Assembly (NCBI GenBank): GCA_009699665.1
Contig: WLNS01000001.1
Coordinates: 1 to 39,147, forward strand
Direction: 5' to 3'
Source of the DNA: Actinomycetota bacterium
GTDB lineage: Bacteria > Actinomycetota > Actinomycetes > Actinomycetales > Microbacteriaceae
DNA: 39,147 nt
Part shown: positions 1 to 8,488 of the stretch, one piece after another
Layout of the letters: every line of letters begins with the position of its first letter
Position numbering within the stretch: the first letter of the stretch is position 1
Program-made: the position numbers and the translations under genes
The notes under the pieces: generated by a model
What the model was told of the DNA's origin: nothing
Databases searched by the model: none
Seen by the model: the letters and a program-made list of their open reading frames with translations, nothing else

Positions 1-197
1 AGCGCGATGCGGTGATTTGCCTCATCGTTGGTCAACCACGCGGCGTGGGTGCTGAAGTAAATCGGTCGCAACCCACAGACCTGCTCGTACCAGTTCGTCA
101 TGAGGGCGACGTCCATGGTCATGAACGTGGCGTGATGAAGTTTGGGCGCTACGCGGGGTGCCGGATGATTGTTGTTGGCATAAACGGACTCGGTCAC
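1..197 (-). CDS. VOC (glyoxalase / extradiol dioxygenase fold) family protein, N-terminal fragment running off the left edge
   Basis: Not in the ORF track because it is open at the window edge. The reverse strand reads GTG(197) VTESVYANNNHPAPRVAPKLHHATFMTMDVALMTNWYEQVCGLRPIYFSTHAAWLTNDEANHRIAL. GAGGA lies about 8 nt upstream. The HH.F...D......WY..V.G pattern is typical of a first VOC module. Confidence 0.55.
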   Translation of the reverse strand, partial: MTESVYANNNHPAPRVAPKLHHATFMTMDVALMTNWYEQVCGLRPIYFSTHAAWLTNDEANHRIA

Positions 198-240
198 TTC
201 GAGTGTCCTCTCGACGGGCGCGGACAGGCCCGCACTAAGT

Positions 241-260
241 TCTGTAATGTTTGTTACAGA
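241..260. promoter_or_regulatory. Candidate TetR operator: AT-rich inverted repeat TCTGTAA-N6-TTACAGA
   Basis: It has 7-bp perfect arms and a 6-bp spacer. It directly abuts the TetR stop (261) and lies about 45 nt upstream of the VOC start (197). It is the only AT-rich patch in this gap. Confidence 0.35.
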
Positions 261-908
261 TTATTCGTTATTCTCTGCAAGTGCAATGCCCAAACGGTAG
301 ATGGTCTCCGCCAGCTGCGCCGCCAACAGCGCAGGCGGCACCCCCGGTCGAATCTGCGAAGCCAAGAACGCTCCGTCGAAGTTTGCCTGGGCCATGTCTA
401 CGAGCGCGTCGGCGATGCGGTGCGACGAGGCGAGCCCATAGCCACGAAACGCCGACACAATGAGCGCGTGCAGACTGTCGCGGCCACGCTGTGAGGTCTC
501 GCGCACCACAGCGACGACCTTTTCGTCGTGCTGCCCACTGAGCCCGAGCAAAATCATCAGGCGCAAGAACTCCGGATGATTTTCTACCGCGCGCTGGCTG
601 GCCACAATGGCTGCTTCGAGCGTGGCACGCGGATCGGTGACATCGCTGTTTTGCGCAAAATCACGATCGTATTCGGCAAAGAATTCACTCGCACCCCGCT
701 CCATTACCGCCGCGAGGATGCCCGCTTTCGATCCGAAGTGCCAATAGATCGAGCTCGCCGGCAAGCCGGACGCGGCGGCAATCTTAGCCACCGTCGCGCC
801 TTCGTAACCGTTGGCCGACATCACTAAAAGTGCGGCATCCAATATCTCACCCCGCGACTTTTCCCCCAGTTCGCGGCGCTTGTTGGGCAGTCCCGTCGTC
901 GTGCTCAT
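261..908 (-). CDS. TetR/AcrR family transcriptional regulator
   Basis: 215-aa ORF. The N-terminal HTH region ILDAALLVMSANGYEGATVAKIAAASGLPASSIYWHFGSKAGIL is a textbook TetR_N signature. Confidence 0.9.
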   Translation of the reverse strand: MSTTTGLPNKRRELGEKSRGEILDAALLVMSANGYEGATVAKIAAASGLPASSIYWHFGSKAGILAAVMERGASEFFAEYDRDFAQNSDVTDPRATLEAAIVASQRAVENHPEFLRLMILLGLSGQHDEKVVAVVRETSQRGRDSLHALIVSAFRGYGLASSHRIADALVDMAQANFDGAFLASQIRPGVPPALLAAQLAETIYRLGIALAENNE

Positions 909-923
909 GAGAGTGACGCTACC

Positions 924-2264
924 TCAATTGGCCAGGCATGCCTCGATGGCGGCGGCCACGCCGAGCATGAGTCGATCGGCATCGACCGCGCACTCGATGC
1001 CCAGACCAACAGGCAACGCACCCTTGGCAACCGGCACGGGCACCGTGATGGCCGGCTGGCCCGCCATCGAACCCGGATCGGTATTGCGAATGCTGGCTTG
1101 AAAAACTGGCCAGTCCACTCCATCGAGCACCACAATCTCCTGGCCAATTTCAGGCGCCACCATGGGCACGGTGGGATAGACGAGGGCGTGGAGATTGTCG
1201 CGGTGCAGAGCGTCGGCATACGCGGCAAGCATGTCGTGGCGCATCTGCACGGTCTGCTCGTAGACGTCGCGCGGAATGGGCTGGCTCACCATGTGCTCCA
1301 TGATGGCGTGCACATCGGGCGAGGCCGTCTGCTCGGCAACATCGGCCACCGTGAGCGAGCGGTAGGGCTCAGGAAGTCCGGCGATGAATGTGGGCATGTT
1401 GTGCATGGTTTCGTAGGCCACCATAGGGAACGCGCCCTTTTCGGCCAGCTCGTGCACGCCCACACCATTGATGGTGACCTCGGTCTCAATCACTGTTGCG
1501 CCCGCGGCGGCAAGTTTCTGCAGAGCCGCTTCGCACGCGGCAGCCACCTCTGGCTGAAGCATCTGCCAGAAGTCCTTGCGGGGCACGCCCAGCCGTAGCT
1601 CTGAGGCCGCGATTTTTGGCAGCTCTGTGTCTGCCGTGATGATGCCGTCAACGAGCGCGACATCTGCCACGGAGTTTGCGAATACGCCACACGTGTCGCG
1701 CGAGTTCGACAGCATGATGGCTCCGCCAGCCGGGTATCGATGGGTGGTCGGACGCATGCCGACAACGCCACAGTAGGCACCCGGGATGCGCATCGAGCCG
1801 CCGGTGTCGTTGCCGATGGCAAAGGCGACGAGTCCCGCAGCAACCGCAGCGGCCGAACCGCCGCTCGATCCGCCGGGCACGCGCGACGTGTCGTTCGGGT
1901 TGCGAACCGGACCCATCATGCCGTTGTTGCTCGTGGTGCCAAAGCCCAGTTCGTGCAGACCCACCTTGCCGAGGCAATCGGCACCGGCGGCGCGCACACT
2001 CGCGATCATGGCACCCTCGGCCTCGGGCACGTAACCCCGGAAGGCGGGCGTGCCACACGTCATGGGCATGCCGGCAACGGCCACGTTGTCTTTGACACCG
2101 AAGGGCACACCGGCCAATGGTCCGGCAGCGTCTCCGCTCCCGTCTGAGACAAACCAGAAGATCCCGTGCTGGTCGGCGCGGGCATCTGAGCGAAGGTGGT
2201 TGGCAAATTCGGCGGCGCCGCTCTCGTGACGAGCGCGGGCCTGATCAATACTGAGTCGGGTCAC
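924..2264 (-). CDS. Amidase (amidase-signature family)
   Basis: 446-aa ORF with the AS motif [14 protein letters not shown] and an upstream FGVKDN. GTG start with AGGAA 4 nt upstream. Confidence 0.9.
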   Translation of the reverse strand: MTRLSIDQARARHESGAAEFANHLRSDARADQHGIFWFVSDGSGDAAGPLAGVPFGVKDNVAVAGMPMTCGTPAFRGYVPEAEGAMIASVRAAGADCLGKVGLHELGFGTTSNNGMMGPVRNPNDTSRVPGGSSGGSAAAVAAGLVAFAIGNDTGGSMRIPGAYCGVVGMRPTTHRYPAGGAIMLSNSRDTCGVFANSVADVALVDGIITADTELPKIAASELRLGVPRKDFWQMLQPEVAAACEAALQKLAAAGATVIETEVTINGVGVHELAEKGAFPMVAYETMHNMPTFIAGLPEPYRSLTVADVAEQTASPDVHAIMEHMVSQPIPRDVYEQTVQMRHDMLAAYADALHRDNLHALVYPTVPMVAPEIGQEIVVLDGVDWPVFQASIRNTDPGSMAGQPAITVPVPVAKGALPVGLGIECAVDADRLMLGVAAAIEACLAN

Positions 2265-2271
2265 AATGTTC

Positions 2272-2667
2272 CTAGCTCATCGACTTGAACTGCTCGGCCG
2301 TGTCGCACACCTGTTCGAAGGCAACGACCTTGCCGTCTTTCACCGTCCAGAGGTGAACAACGCGAACGTTCTGCGGCTTGCCCGTGGCGCGGAAGGTGCC
2401 CACGTAGGTGCAGACAGCAGCAACTGTGCCGGTGGCCTCATCGGTAACGAGATAGTCGGGCACGGCACCAAAGCCTTCCCACTCGCTGTTGATGCGCTCA
2501 AAAATCTTCGCTCCCACCTCGGCCATTCCGCGATAGCTTCCCGCATAGGGGCTGCCGTCTGATTCCTTCCAGACGATGTCGTCTGAGAAATCTTTGAACA
2601 TGCTGGGGATGTCGCCTGCCGCACCGGCGGCGTAGTGAGCGGCGACGGTGTCGTGTGCGTTGGCCAT
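2272..2667 (-). CDS. SnoaL-like / NTF2-fold (ketosteroid isomerase-like) protein
   Basis: Small alpha+beta protein with a typical SnoaL-like layout (AAHYAAGAAGDI...F.DDIVW...). I prefer ATG at 2667 (MANAHD...) because AGGAG lies 7 nt upstream. The ORF track start at 2706 lacks an RBS. Confidence 0.7.
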   Translation of the reverse strand: MANAHDTVAAHYAAGAAGDIPSMFKDFSDDIVWKESDGSPYAGSYRGMAEVGAKIFERINSEWEGFGAVPDYLVTDEATGTVAAVCTYVGTFRATGKPQNVRVVHLWTVKDGKVVAFEQVCDTAEQFKSMS

Positions 2668-2713
2668 TTTTTTCTCCTTGGTTTCTGTGACTGCAGGTGG
2701 ATTCATTCTTGCT

Positions 2714-2779
2714 GGTCGAGTAGGCCGGAAGCCGTATCGAGACCGGGTTTCGATACGTCACTTTCGCGACCACTCAACC
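2714..2779. repeat. Inverted pair of a short intergenic repeat (GGTCGAGTAGGC-N5-GCCGTATCGA / TCGATACG-N12-CCACTCAACC), able to form a hairpin
   Basis: Apical 8-bp stem 2733-2740 / 2750-2757 and a basal stem 2714-2724 / 2770-2779. The same sequence family occurs as the tandem copies at 18277-18351. Confidence 0.6.
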
Positions 2780-2788
2780 CACGACTGC

Positions 2789-3580
2789 TTAGATGGGTTG
2801 CGCGTCGGGATAGCGAACGGTGCCGAGGGGGTAGATGTAGCCACCGGCACGCGAGTGCATGGACTGCCCGGTGGCAGAAATGCCGAGGAACATGCCCGTG
2901 GTGTTGAGTCCGTAGCCCAGGTCGTGCAGCCACACGCTGGCGACCGAGATGCGGAACTCGCGAAAACAGAACAGGTAGAGACCGTCATCGAGCTTCCACA
3001 CGGTGCTCAGGTCCATGTCGCCGTGGCCGCGCTGCTCGCCCTCGAGACACTGCCACGCATACCGCTGGGTCGACACATACATGTGCTCATAGAGGTGATT
3101 CGGGCTGTAGCGGTAAACGTTTCGCATGCCGATAAGGTCACGACTCTCGGCCGGCTCGGGGCCGGCGGCCGTGCCCTCATTTGTGGTGCCCGCCCAGAAC
3201 CTTTGGCCCACCTGTGGCGTTCCCTCAACCCGCTCGGGCGCGATGGCCGAATGGATGACGATGGCGCGATTTGTGGAGCGGGTAAACATGACCGTGATCG
3301 CCTCACGCTCGCGCGAGGTCAGCGGCAGGTTAACGAAGAACACCCCGGTCCGTGCCTCGACCGCGTCATACGGATCTGTCGCTGAGGCCTCGGCAATCTC
3401 ACCGGTCGCACTCCACTGCACGGTCTCATCGTCGAGAAACGACAGTGACAGGGTTGACGCCGAACCGAAGGCAACCGCGAGTTTCGTTCCCGCGAATGAG
3501 ACATTCGGCTTGCGAAAGGTGTCGATGCCCGCAGCAAAGTCGTCATACGATTTCCATTCCTCACCGGCGGCGTCAGCCAT
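2789..3580 (-). CDS. MoaF-like protein (MoaF N- and C-terminal domain family, function unknown)
   Basis: The roughly 263-aa protein resembles MoaF-family proteins by recall (FAGTKL.V.F....L.L.F.......W, ...YRYSPNHLYEHMYVS...Y.W.CL.G...G..D...). I prefer ATG at 3580 (GAGGGA about 6 nt upstream). An alternative GTG at 3586 overlaps the upstream stop as GTGA. Confidence 0.6.
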   Translation of the reverse strand: MADAAGEEWKSYDDFAAGIDTFRKPNVSFAGTKLAVAFGSASTLSLSFLDDETVQWSATGEIAEASATDPYDAVEARTGVFFVNLPLTSREREAITVMFTRSTNRAIVIHSAIAPERVEGTPQVGQRFWAGTTNEGTAAGPEPAESRDLIGMRNVYRYSPNHLYEHMYVSTQRYAWQCLEGEQRGHGDMDLSTVWKLDDGLYLFCFREFRISVASVWLHDLGYGLNTTGMFLGISATGQSMHSRAGGYIYPLGTVRYPDAQPI

Positions 3581-3582
3581 GG

Positions 3583-4497
3583 TCACACTCCCTCTAATCC
3601 GCGGCTCAGTTCATCAATCTTTGCGGCTCCCTCGATGAACTGTGCGCTTTCATCACTAGTTAAGGGAATCTCCACCACTTTTTCTAGTCCGTGAGCGCCC
3701 AGCACCACAGGCGACGACGAACTGACACCGGTGACGCCGTATTCACCCTCGAGAATGACAGACGCGGGGAACGGCTCGCCGGTCGGCCGAGCAATCGCGT
3801 CCACCATGAGGGCGCCACCGATGCCCGAGCTCCAGGTCGACGTGCGCCCCGAATCGAGTGCCACGTGGCGCACGTACCAGTTGTGCGCGTAGTCCAGAGC
3901 GTGTGCGCGTTGATCGGGGGTGAGCTCCACGGGCTTACCGTCGAGCGTGACCGTCGAGAAAACCTGAACCGCGCCAGCACCGTGCTCGCCGACCACCCAA
4001 CACGAGACGCGTTGGGGGGCAACATCGAGTGCCTGCGCGAGTCCCGTGCGAAAGCGCTGAGTGTCGTTGAGCGTATAGCCGAGCAGTCGTTCGCGCGACC
4101 AGCCCGTGCGCCGCGCCACCCACGTCAGCAGCGGGTCGACCGGATTCGTCATCAACAGCAGAATGCCGGCGAACCCGCCAGCGGCGAGCTGATCCACGAT
4201 TCCGCCCACGATAACCGCGTTGTCGTGCAGGTAAATATCGCGCGAGGTATTGAGTGTCAGCGGTACCGCGGCGCTGAGCACCACGATGTCAGCATCCAGC
4301 GCATCGCTCATCTCACCGCCCACAACCGAGGTGGCACCGCCCAGCGACAGGGCGTCTTGCAGGTCCATGACATGACTGACGATCATGTTGTCTCGGTTAT
4401 CGATGACCACAATCTCATAGTGGTGATCTGTGCGCAGCAGGCTAAAGGCCACGGAGGAGCCGATTCCCCCGGCTCCTCCGATGACGGCTACTTTCAT
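3583..4497 (-). CDS. L-lactate/malate dehydrogenase family oxidoreductase
   Basis: N-terminal Rossmann motif MKVAVIGGAGGIGSS, substrate Arg motif NDTQRFR, and catalytic His in VVGEHG. Confidence 0.85.
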   Translation of the reverse strand: MKVAVIGGAGGIGSSVAFSLLRTDHHYEIVVIDNRDNMIVSHVMDLQDALSLGGATSVVGGEMSDALDADIVVLSAAVPLTLNTSRDIYLHDNAVIVGGIVDQLAAGGFAGILLLMTNPVDPLLTWVARRTGWSRERLLGYTLNDTQRFRTGLAQALDVAPQRVSCWVVGEHGAGAVQVFSTVTLDGKPVELTPDQRAHALDYAHNWYVRHVALDSGRTSTWSSGIGGALMVDAIARPTGEPFPASVILEGEYGVTGVSSSSPVVLGAHGLEKVVEIPLTSDESAQFIEGAAKIDELSRGLEGV

Positions 4498-4502
4498 CTG
4501 AC

Positions 4503-6038
4503 TTAGGCTCCCGCGATGATGAACTCGGCAGCCTTTTCGGCGATCACCATGGTGGGTGCGTTGGTGTTACCCGTCGACACTGCGGGCATGACCGAAGCGT
4601 CAGCAACGCGCACGCCCTCGAATCCGATCACCTTGAGCGTCGTGGGGCTGACGACCGCCATGTCATCGGTGCCCATCTTTGCCGAGCCCACCTGGTGGTG
4701 GTAGGTGATGGCATTGTTGCGCGCGTACTCGGCAAGATCGGCATCGCTCTGCACGGCCAGACCGGGGTAGACCTCTTCGGCACCCCACTCATCGGCGAGC
4801 GCGGACTGCTGGCCCACCTCGCGCACCTGCTTGATCGACGCCACCAGCGACGTAACGTCGTCCGGGTGCTCCAGAATATTCGGGTCTTGCAGCGTGGGAT
4901 CGTGCGGGTTCTTGCCCGACAGCGTGAACGTTCCGCGGCTCTTCGGAGTCACCATTCCAGCCATCAGGCTGAATCCGGTGGCAGGGGCGTCGGGCATGGT
5001 GTCGGGGTTAACCATGGGAACACTGAAGACAATCGGCTGGGTGTCTGGCTTTTCCAGACCCGGTTTGCTCGTCCAGAACCAGTGCACCTGAGTGATGGGT
5101 GTTCCATGAGCGGGAGCGCCGACGTCTTTCTTCGTGGTCTTGTAGATAACAGGAACGATGAGGTGATCGTGCAGGTTGGCACCCACACCGGGAATGTCGG
5201 CGACAACGTCAATGCCGAGAGCCTCGAGATCCTTCTTGGGTCCGATTCCCGAGAGAAGCAGAATTCGCGGAGTGTCGGTAGCGCCACCGCAGAGGGCCAC
5301 CTCACCACCGTGCAGTTCGTGAGTTGCGCCGTCCTTCTCATACTCGACACCGACGACCCGCTTGCCGTCAAGAATCAACCGGTGCACCCAGGCGCCGGTC
5401 GTGATCGTGAGGTTGGGGTTGTCCTTGACCGGGTAGAGATAGGCGCGGTAGGTGCTGAGTCGCTTGCCGTCGCGAAAGTTGAGTTGCTCCTGCCCAATGC
5501 CCTCCTGGCTGGCTCCGTTGTAGTTCTTGTTCAACGGAATGCCCGCTTGCTGGGCGGCTTCGATAACCGAGGTCTGAATGGGGTGCTTCGGGTATTCGAG
5601 CGTGACGTCAATCATGCCGCCCGTGCCGTGCTCGCCGTCGGGCTCGCCCTTCCACGCCTCAATCTTTTCTGTGAAGATCTTCTCGACGTTTTTCCAGCCC
5701 CAGCCAGTACAACCGGCCTTCTCCCAGCCGTCGTAATCGGCAGGATTGCCGCGAACAAAAATTGTTGCGTTCAGAGAGTGCGATCCGCCGAGCACCTTGC
5801 CGCGCGGCCAGTGCAGCTTGCGGCCGTTGGCGTGCTTCTGCGGCGTCGTGAAGTAGCCCCAGTCCTCCGGTCCCAACCAGAGTTCGCCCAATCGGGCCAT
5901 GTCGTGGATCGCGGGGTTGTCGTCGGGACTCCCAGCTTCGAGCAGGTGAACCGTCTTGCCGGCGTCCAGCAGGCGGCGGGCGATAATCGCCCCAGCAGTT
6001 CCCGCACCAACCACAATTACGTCGGGCTGTGAAGTCAT
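4503..6038 (-). CDS. GMC family FAD oxidoreductase (choline/alcohol dehydrogenase-like)
   Basis: DVIVVGAGTAGAIIARRL ADP-binding motif, GGSHSLNA GMC signature 1, and a C-terminal HQVGSAKMG....VV. AGAGGA RBS. Confidence 0.9.
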   Translation of the reverse strand: MTSQPDVIVVGAGTAGAIIARRLLDAGKTVHLLEAGSPDDNPAIHDMARLGELWLGPEDWGYFTTPQKHANGRKLHWPRGKVLGGSHSLNATIFVRGNPADYDGWEKAGCTGWGWKNVEKIFTEKIEAWKGEPDGEHGTGGMIDVTLEYPKHPIQTSVIEAAQQAGIPLNKNYNGASQEGIGQEQLNFRDGKRLSTYRAYLYPVKDNPNLTITTGAWVHRLILDGKRVVGVEYEKDGATHELHGGEVALCGGATDTPRILLLSGIGPKKDLEALGIDVVADIPGVGANLHDHLIVPVIYKTTKKDVGAPAHGTPITQVHWFWTSKPGLEKPDTQPIVFSVPMVNPDTMPDAPATGFSLMAGMVTPKSRGTFTLSGKNPHDPTLQDPNILEHPDDVTSLVASIKQVREVGQQSALADEWGAEEVYPGLAVQSDADLAEYARNNAITYHHQVGSAKMGTDDMAVVSPTTLKVIGFEGVRVADASVMPAVSTGNTNAPTMVIAEKAAEFIIAGA

Positions 6039-6320
6039 GGTGTGTTCCTCTCCGTTGAGCGTGAGTTACTTTTCTCCCCCACGGAGTACTCCCCGGGGCG
6101 ACAGTGACCTAGCCCTCCTATTGTGCTCGCCTAACGACGACCGGCAAAGACCGGATTCCCCTTGTGCGCCATTTCATACGCGCAGGGTCAACCGTGATGC
6201 TTTCGTGCGCAACGGATCACGAGATTCTGCGCCTCTCGATGAGCATCGCAGATTGCCCCTTGCGCTCTCCTCACAATCGTATATGATTTGAGATACGTTG
6301 ACGTGTGAGGGAGCGAATCC

Positions 6321-7784
6321 ATGGCGGTAACAGCACTCGAGGCTGGTTTTGAGCCCGGAAAGATCATTGCCCTGCACCTCAACTACCCCTCGCGCATCGC
6401 ACAGCGCGGCCGCGCCCCCGGGCATCCCTCATTCTTCATGAAGCCCACCACCTCGCTCGCCGTTTCGGGCTCGAGCGTGGAACGCCCCGCCGGCTGCGAG
6501 CTGCTCGCGTTCGAAGGCGAGATTGCGCTGATCATCGGCACACGTGTTCGCCGCGTCTCCCCCACCGAGGGCTGGGCGGCCGTCGCATCCATTACGGCAG
6601 CAAACGACTTTGGCGTCTACGACCTCCGCTACGTCGACAAGGGCTCGAATCTGCGCTCCAAGGGTGGCGACGGCTTTACGCCCCTGGGCCCGAATCTGAT
6701 TGATGCCCGCGATCTCGACCAGCACCAGATTCGCGTCCGCACCTGGGTGAACGGCACCATCGCGCAGGATGACACCACCGAAGGACTCACGTTCGACTTT
6801 GGCACTATCGTTGCCGACCTCTCACAGCTCATGACCCTCGAGCCCGGCGACGTCATTCTGACCGGCACCCCGGCAGGGTCGTCGGTGGTTGTGCCCGGCG
6901 ACACCGTTGAGGTCGAGGTTGATGCCCCCACGGCGACGGGCAAGCCCAGTTCGGGACGCCTCGTGACCACCATCACGCAGGGCACCAACGAACTGCCGGC
7001 GTTCAGCGCGGGGCCACAGGTCGACGACCTGCAGCGCGAAGAAGCGTGGGGGTCGCGCGAGGCGGCCGGCATGCCCGCGAGCATTCTGACGCCGGAACTC
7101 AAGAAGAAGATCAACTCGGTATCAACCGCCACACTGTCATCCGTGCTCCGCAAAAAAGGATTCAACAACGTCAGCATCGACGGCCTGCAGTCGACGCGCC
7201 CCACGAAACGCATGCTGGGGCTCGCGCGCACCCTGCGCTACATCGCCAACCGCGAAGACCTCTTCGAGAAGTTTGGCGGAGGCTTCAACGCACAAAAGCG
7301 CGCCATCGAATCGGTGGGGCCCGACGAGGTTCTCGTCATGGAGGCTCGGGGCGAAAAGGGCACCGGCACCGTGGGCGACATTCTGGCCATTCGCGCGCAG
7401 CTTCGCGGATGCGAGGGAATCGTGACCGACGGCGGCGTTCGTGACGTCGCGGCGGTATCCGCCCTCGACATGCCCACCTACTTTGCTAACCCCCACCCGG
7501 CCGTTCTCGGTCGCCGCCACGTTCCGTGGGATACCGACATCACCATCACGTGTGGCGGATGCGCGGTTCAGCCCGGCGACGTGATCGTGGGCGATGCCGA
7601 CGGCGTCCTCGTTATTCCCCCGCACCTCATTGACGATGTGGTTGATGCAGCCATCGTCCAGGAGGCCGAAGAAGAGTTCATTCTGGCCATGGTCAAGCAG
7701 GGCGAAAAGGTCGACACCCTCTACCCCATGGATGCCGAGTGGAAGAAGCGCTTCGAGACGTGGCGACAGGGCAAGAAAAAGTGA
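6321..7784 (+). CDS. Two-domain fusion: fumarylacetoacetate hydrolase (FAH) family domain plus RraA-like / HMG-CHA aldolase-like domain
   Basis: aa 1-215 carry FAH motifs (FEGEIALIIG, NDFGVYDLR, GGDGFTPLGP, LEPGDVILTGTPAG). aa about 255-440 carry the RraA-like fold motifs (GDILA..A...G..G.VTDGGVRD, GDVIVGDADGVLVIP). GGGAG RBS. Confidence 0.8.
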   Translation: MAVTALEAGFEPGKIIALHLNYPSRIAQRGRAPGHPSFFMKPTTSLAVSGSSVERPAGCELLAFEGEIALIIGTRVRRVSPTEGWAAVASITAANDFGVYDLRYVDKGSNLRSKGGDGFTPLGPNLIDARDLDQHQIRVRTWVNGTIAQDDTTEGLTFDFGTIVADLSQLMTLEPGDVILTGTPAGSSVVVPGDTVEVEVDAPTATGKPSSGRLVTTITQGTNELPAFSAGPQVDDLQREEAWGSREAAGMPASILTPELKKKINSVSTATLSSVLRKKGFNNVSIDGLQSTRPTKRMLGLARTLRYIANREDLFEKFGGGFNAQKRAIESVGPDEVLVMEARGEKGTGTVGDILAIRAQLRGCEGIVTDGGVRDVAAVSALDMPTYFANPHPAVLGRRHVPWDTDITITCGGCAVQPGDVIVGDADGVLVIPPHLIDDVVDAAIVQEAEEEFILAMVKQGEKVDTLYPMDAEWKKRFETWRQGKKK

Positions 7785-7795
7785 CCACCGTCGCG

Positions 7796-8428
7796 ATGAG
7801 CAAGAGTGAGCGCGCCTACACAGCCATCAAACAGTCAATTACCGAGGGCACGTATGGACCCGGATACCGGCTCGTTCTGGGGCAGATTGCCAAGGAGCTC
7901 GAGGTCAGCGTGGTTCCCGTGCGCGAAGCTATTCGCCGTCTCGAGGCAGAGGGGCTCGTCACGTTCACCACCAATGTGGGGGCCCAGGTGGTGGCTGTTG
8001 ACGCACGCGAATACCAGTACACGATGGAGACGCTGAGCCTCGTCGAGGGCATGGCCACCGCGATGGCCGCACCAAACGTCACCGCCGACGATCTCACACT
8101 GGCGCGCCAGATCAACCGGGAAATGCGCGAGTGTCTGAACAACTTTGATCCGAGCCGATTCACCGAACTCAACCACGAGTTTCACGCCGTGTTCTTCGAG
8201 CACTGCTCCAACCTGCACATCCTCGACCTCGTGCACCGCGGCTGGAACCGACTGGCCACGATTCGCGAATCGTCGTTTGGCTACATTCCCGGACGCGCGA
8301 AGGAGTCGGTTGAAGAGCACGACAACCTCGTCAACCTGATTGCCGGCGGCGCCGACGCCCTGACCATCGAGATGGCTGCCCGGCAGCACCGTCTCGCCAC
8401 GCTCAACGCCTATCTCGACAGCAAGTAG
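7796..8428 (+). CDS. GntR family transcriptional regulator (FadR/FCD subfamily)
   Basis: N-terminal winged HTH (ERAYTAIKQSITEGTYGPGYRLVLGQIAKELEVSVVPVREAIRRLEAEGLV) plus a helical C-terminal domain. An alternative GTG start at 7781 overlaps the upstream TGA as GTGA. Confidence 0.85.
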   Translation: MSKSERAYTAIKQSITEGTYGPGYRLVLGQIAKELEVSVVPVREAIRRLEAEGLVTFTTNVGAQVVAVDAREYQYTMETLSLVEGMATAMAAPNVTADDLTLARQINREMRECLNNFDPSRFTELNHEFHAVFFEHCSNLHILDLVHRGWNRLATIRESSFGYIPGRAKESVEEHDNLVNLIAGGADALTIEMAARQHRLATLNAYLDSK

Positions 8429-8488
8429 TCGACGCACGCTCTCCGCACTTCGATCCACCTCACACTCAGACCACACGAAAGGCACACC

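Noticed and set aside
12-494. 160-aa + strand ORF spanning the left edge and the TetR gene.
   Set aside because: It overlaps the TetR CDS and the VOC fragment on the opposite strand and has no recognisable motifs. The minus-strand reading has an RBS and family-typical sequence.
4695-6032. 445-aa ORF on the + strand opposite the GMC oxidoreductase. Similar long antisense ORFs occur at 20606-22105, 18513-19859, 15337-16437, 10975-11913, 9736-10605, 16929-17807 and 31526-32110.
   Set aside because: High-G+C genomes generate long stop-free antisense frames. These translations are Arg/Gly/His-rich low-complexity sequence with no motifs or RBS. The opposite strand carries a clearly recognisable protein in every case.
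6278-6297. CGTAT-N10-ATACG inverted repeat about 25 nt upstream of the FAH-RraA start, considered as the GntR operator. A 10-bp palindrome GGAGTACTCC also occurs near 6085-6094.
   Set aside because: The arms are only 5 bp and the spacing does not fit the usual FadR-type t.GT.N.AC.a consensus. That is too weak to annotate without binding data.
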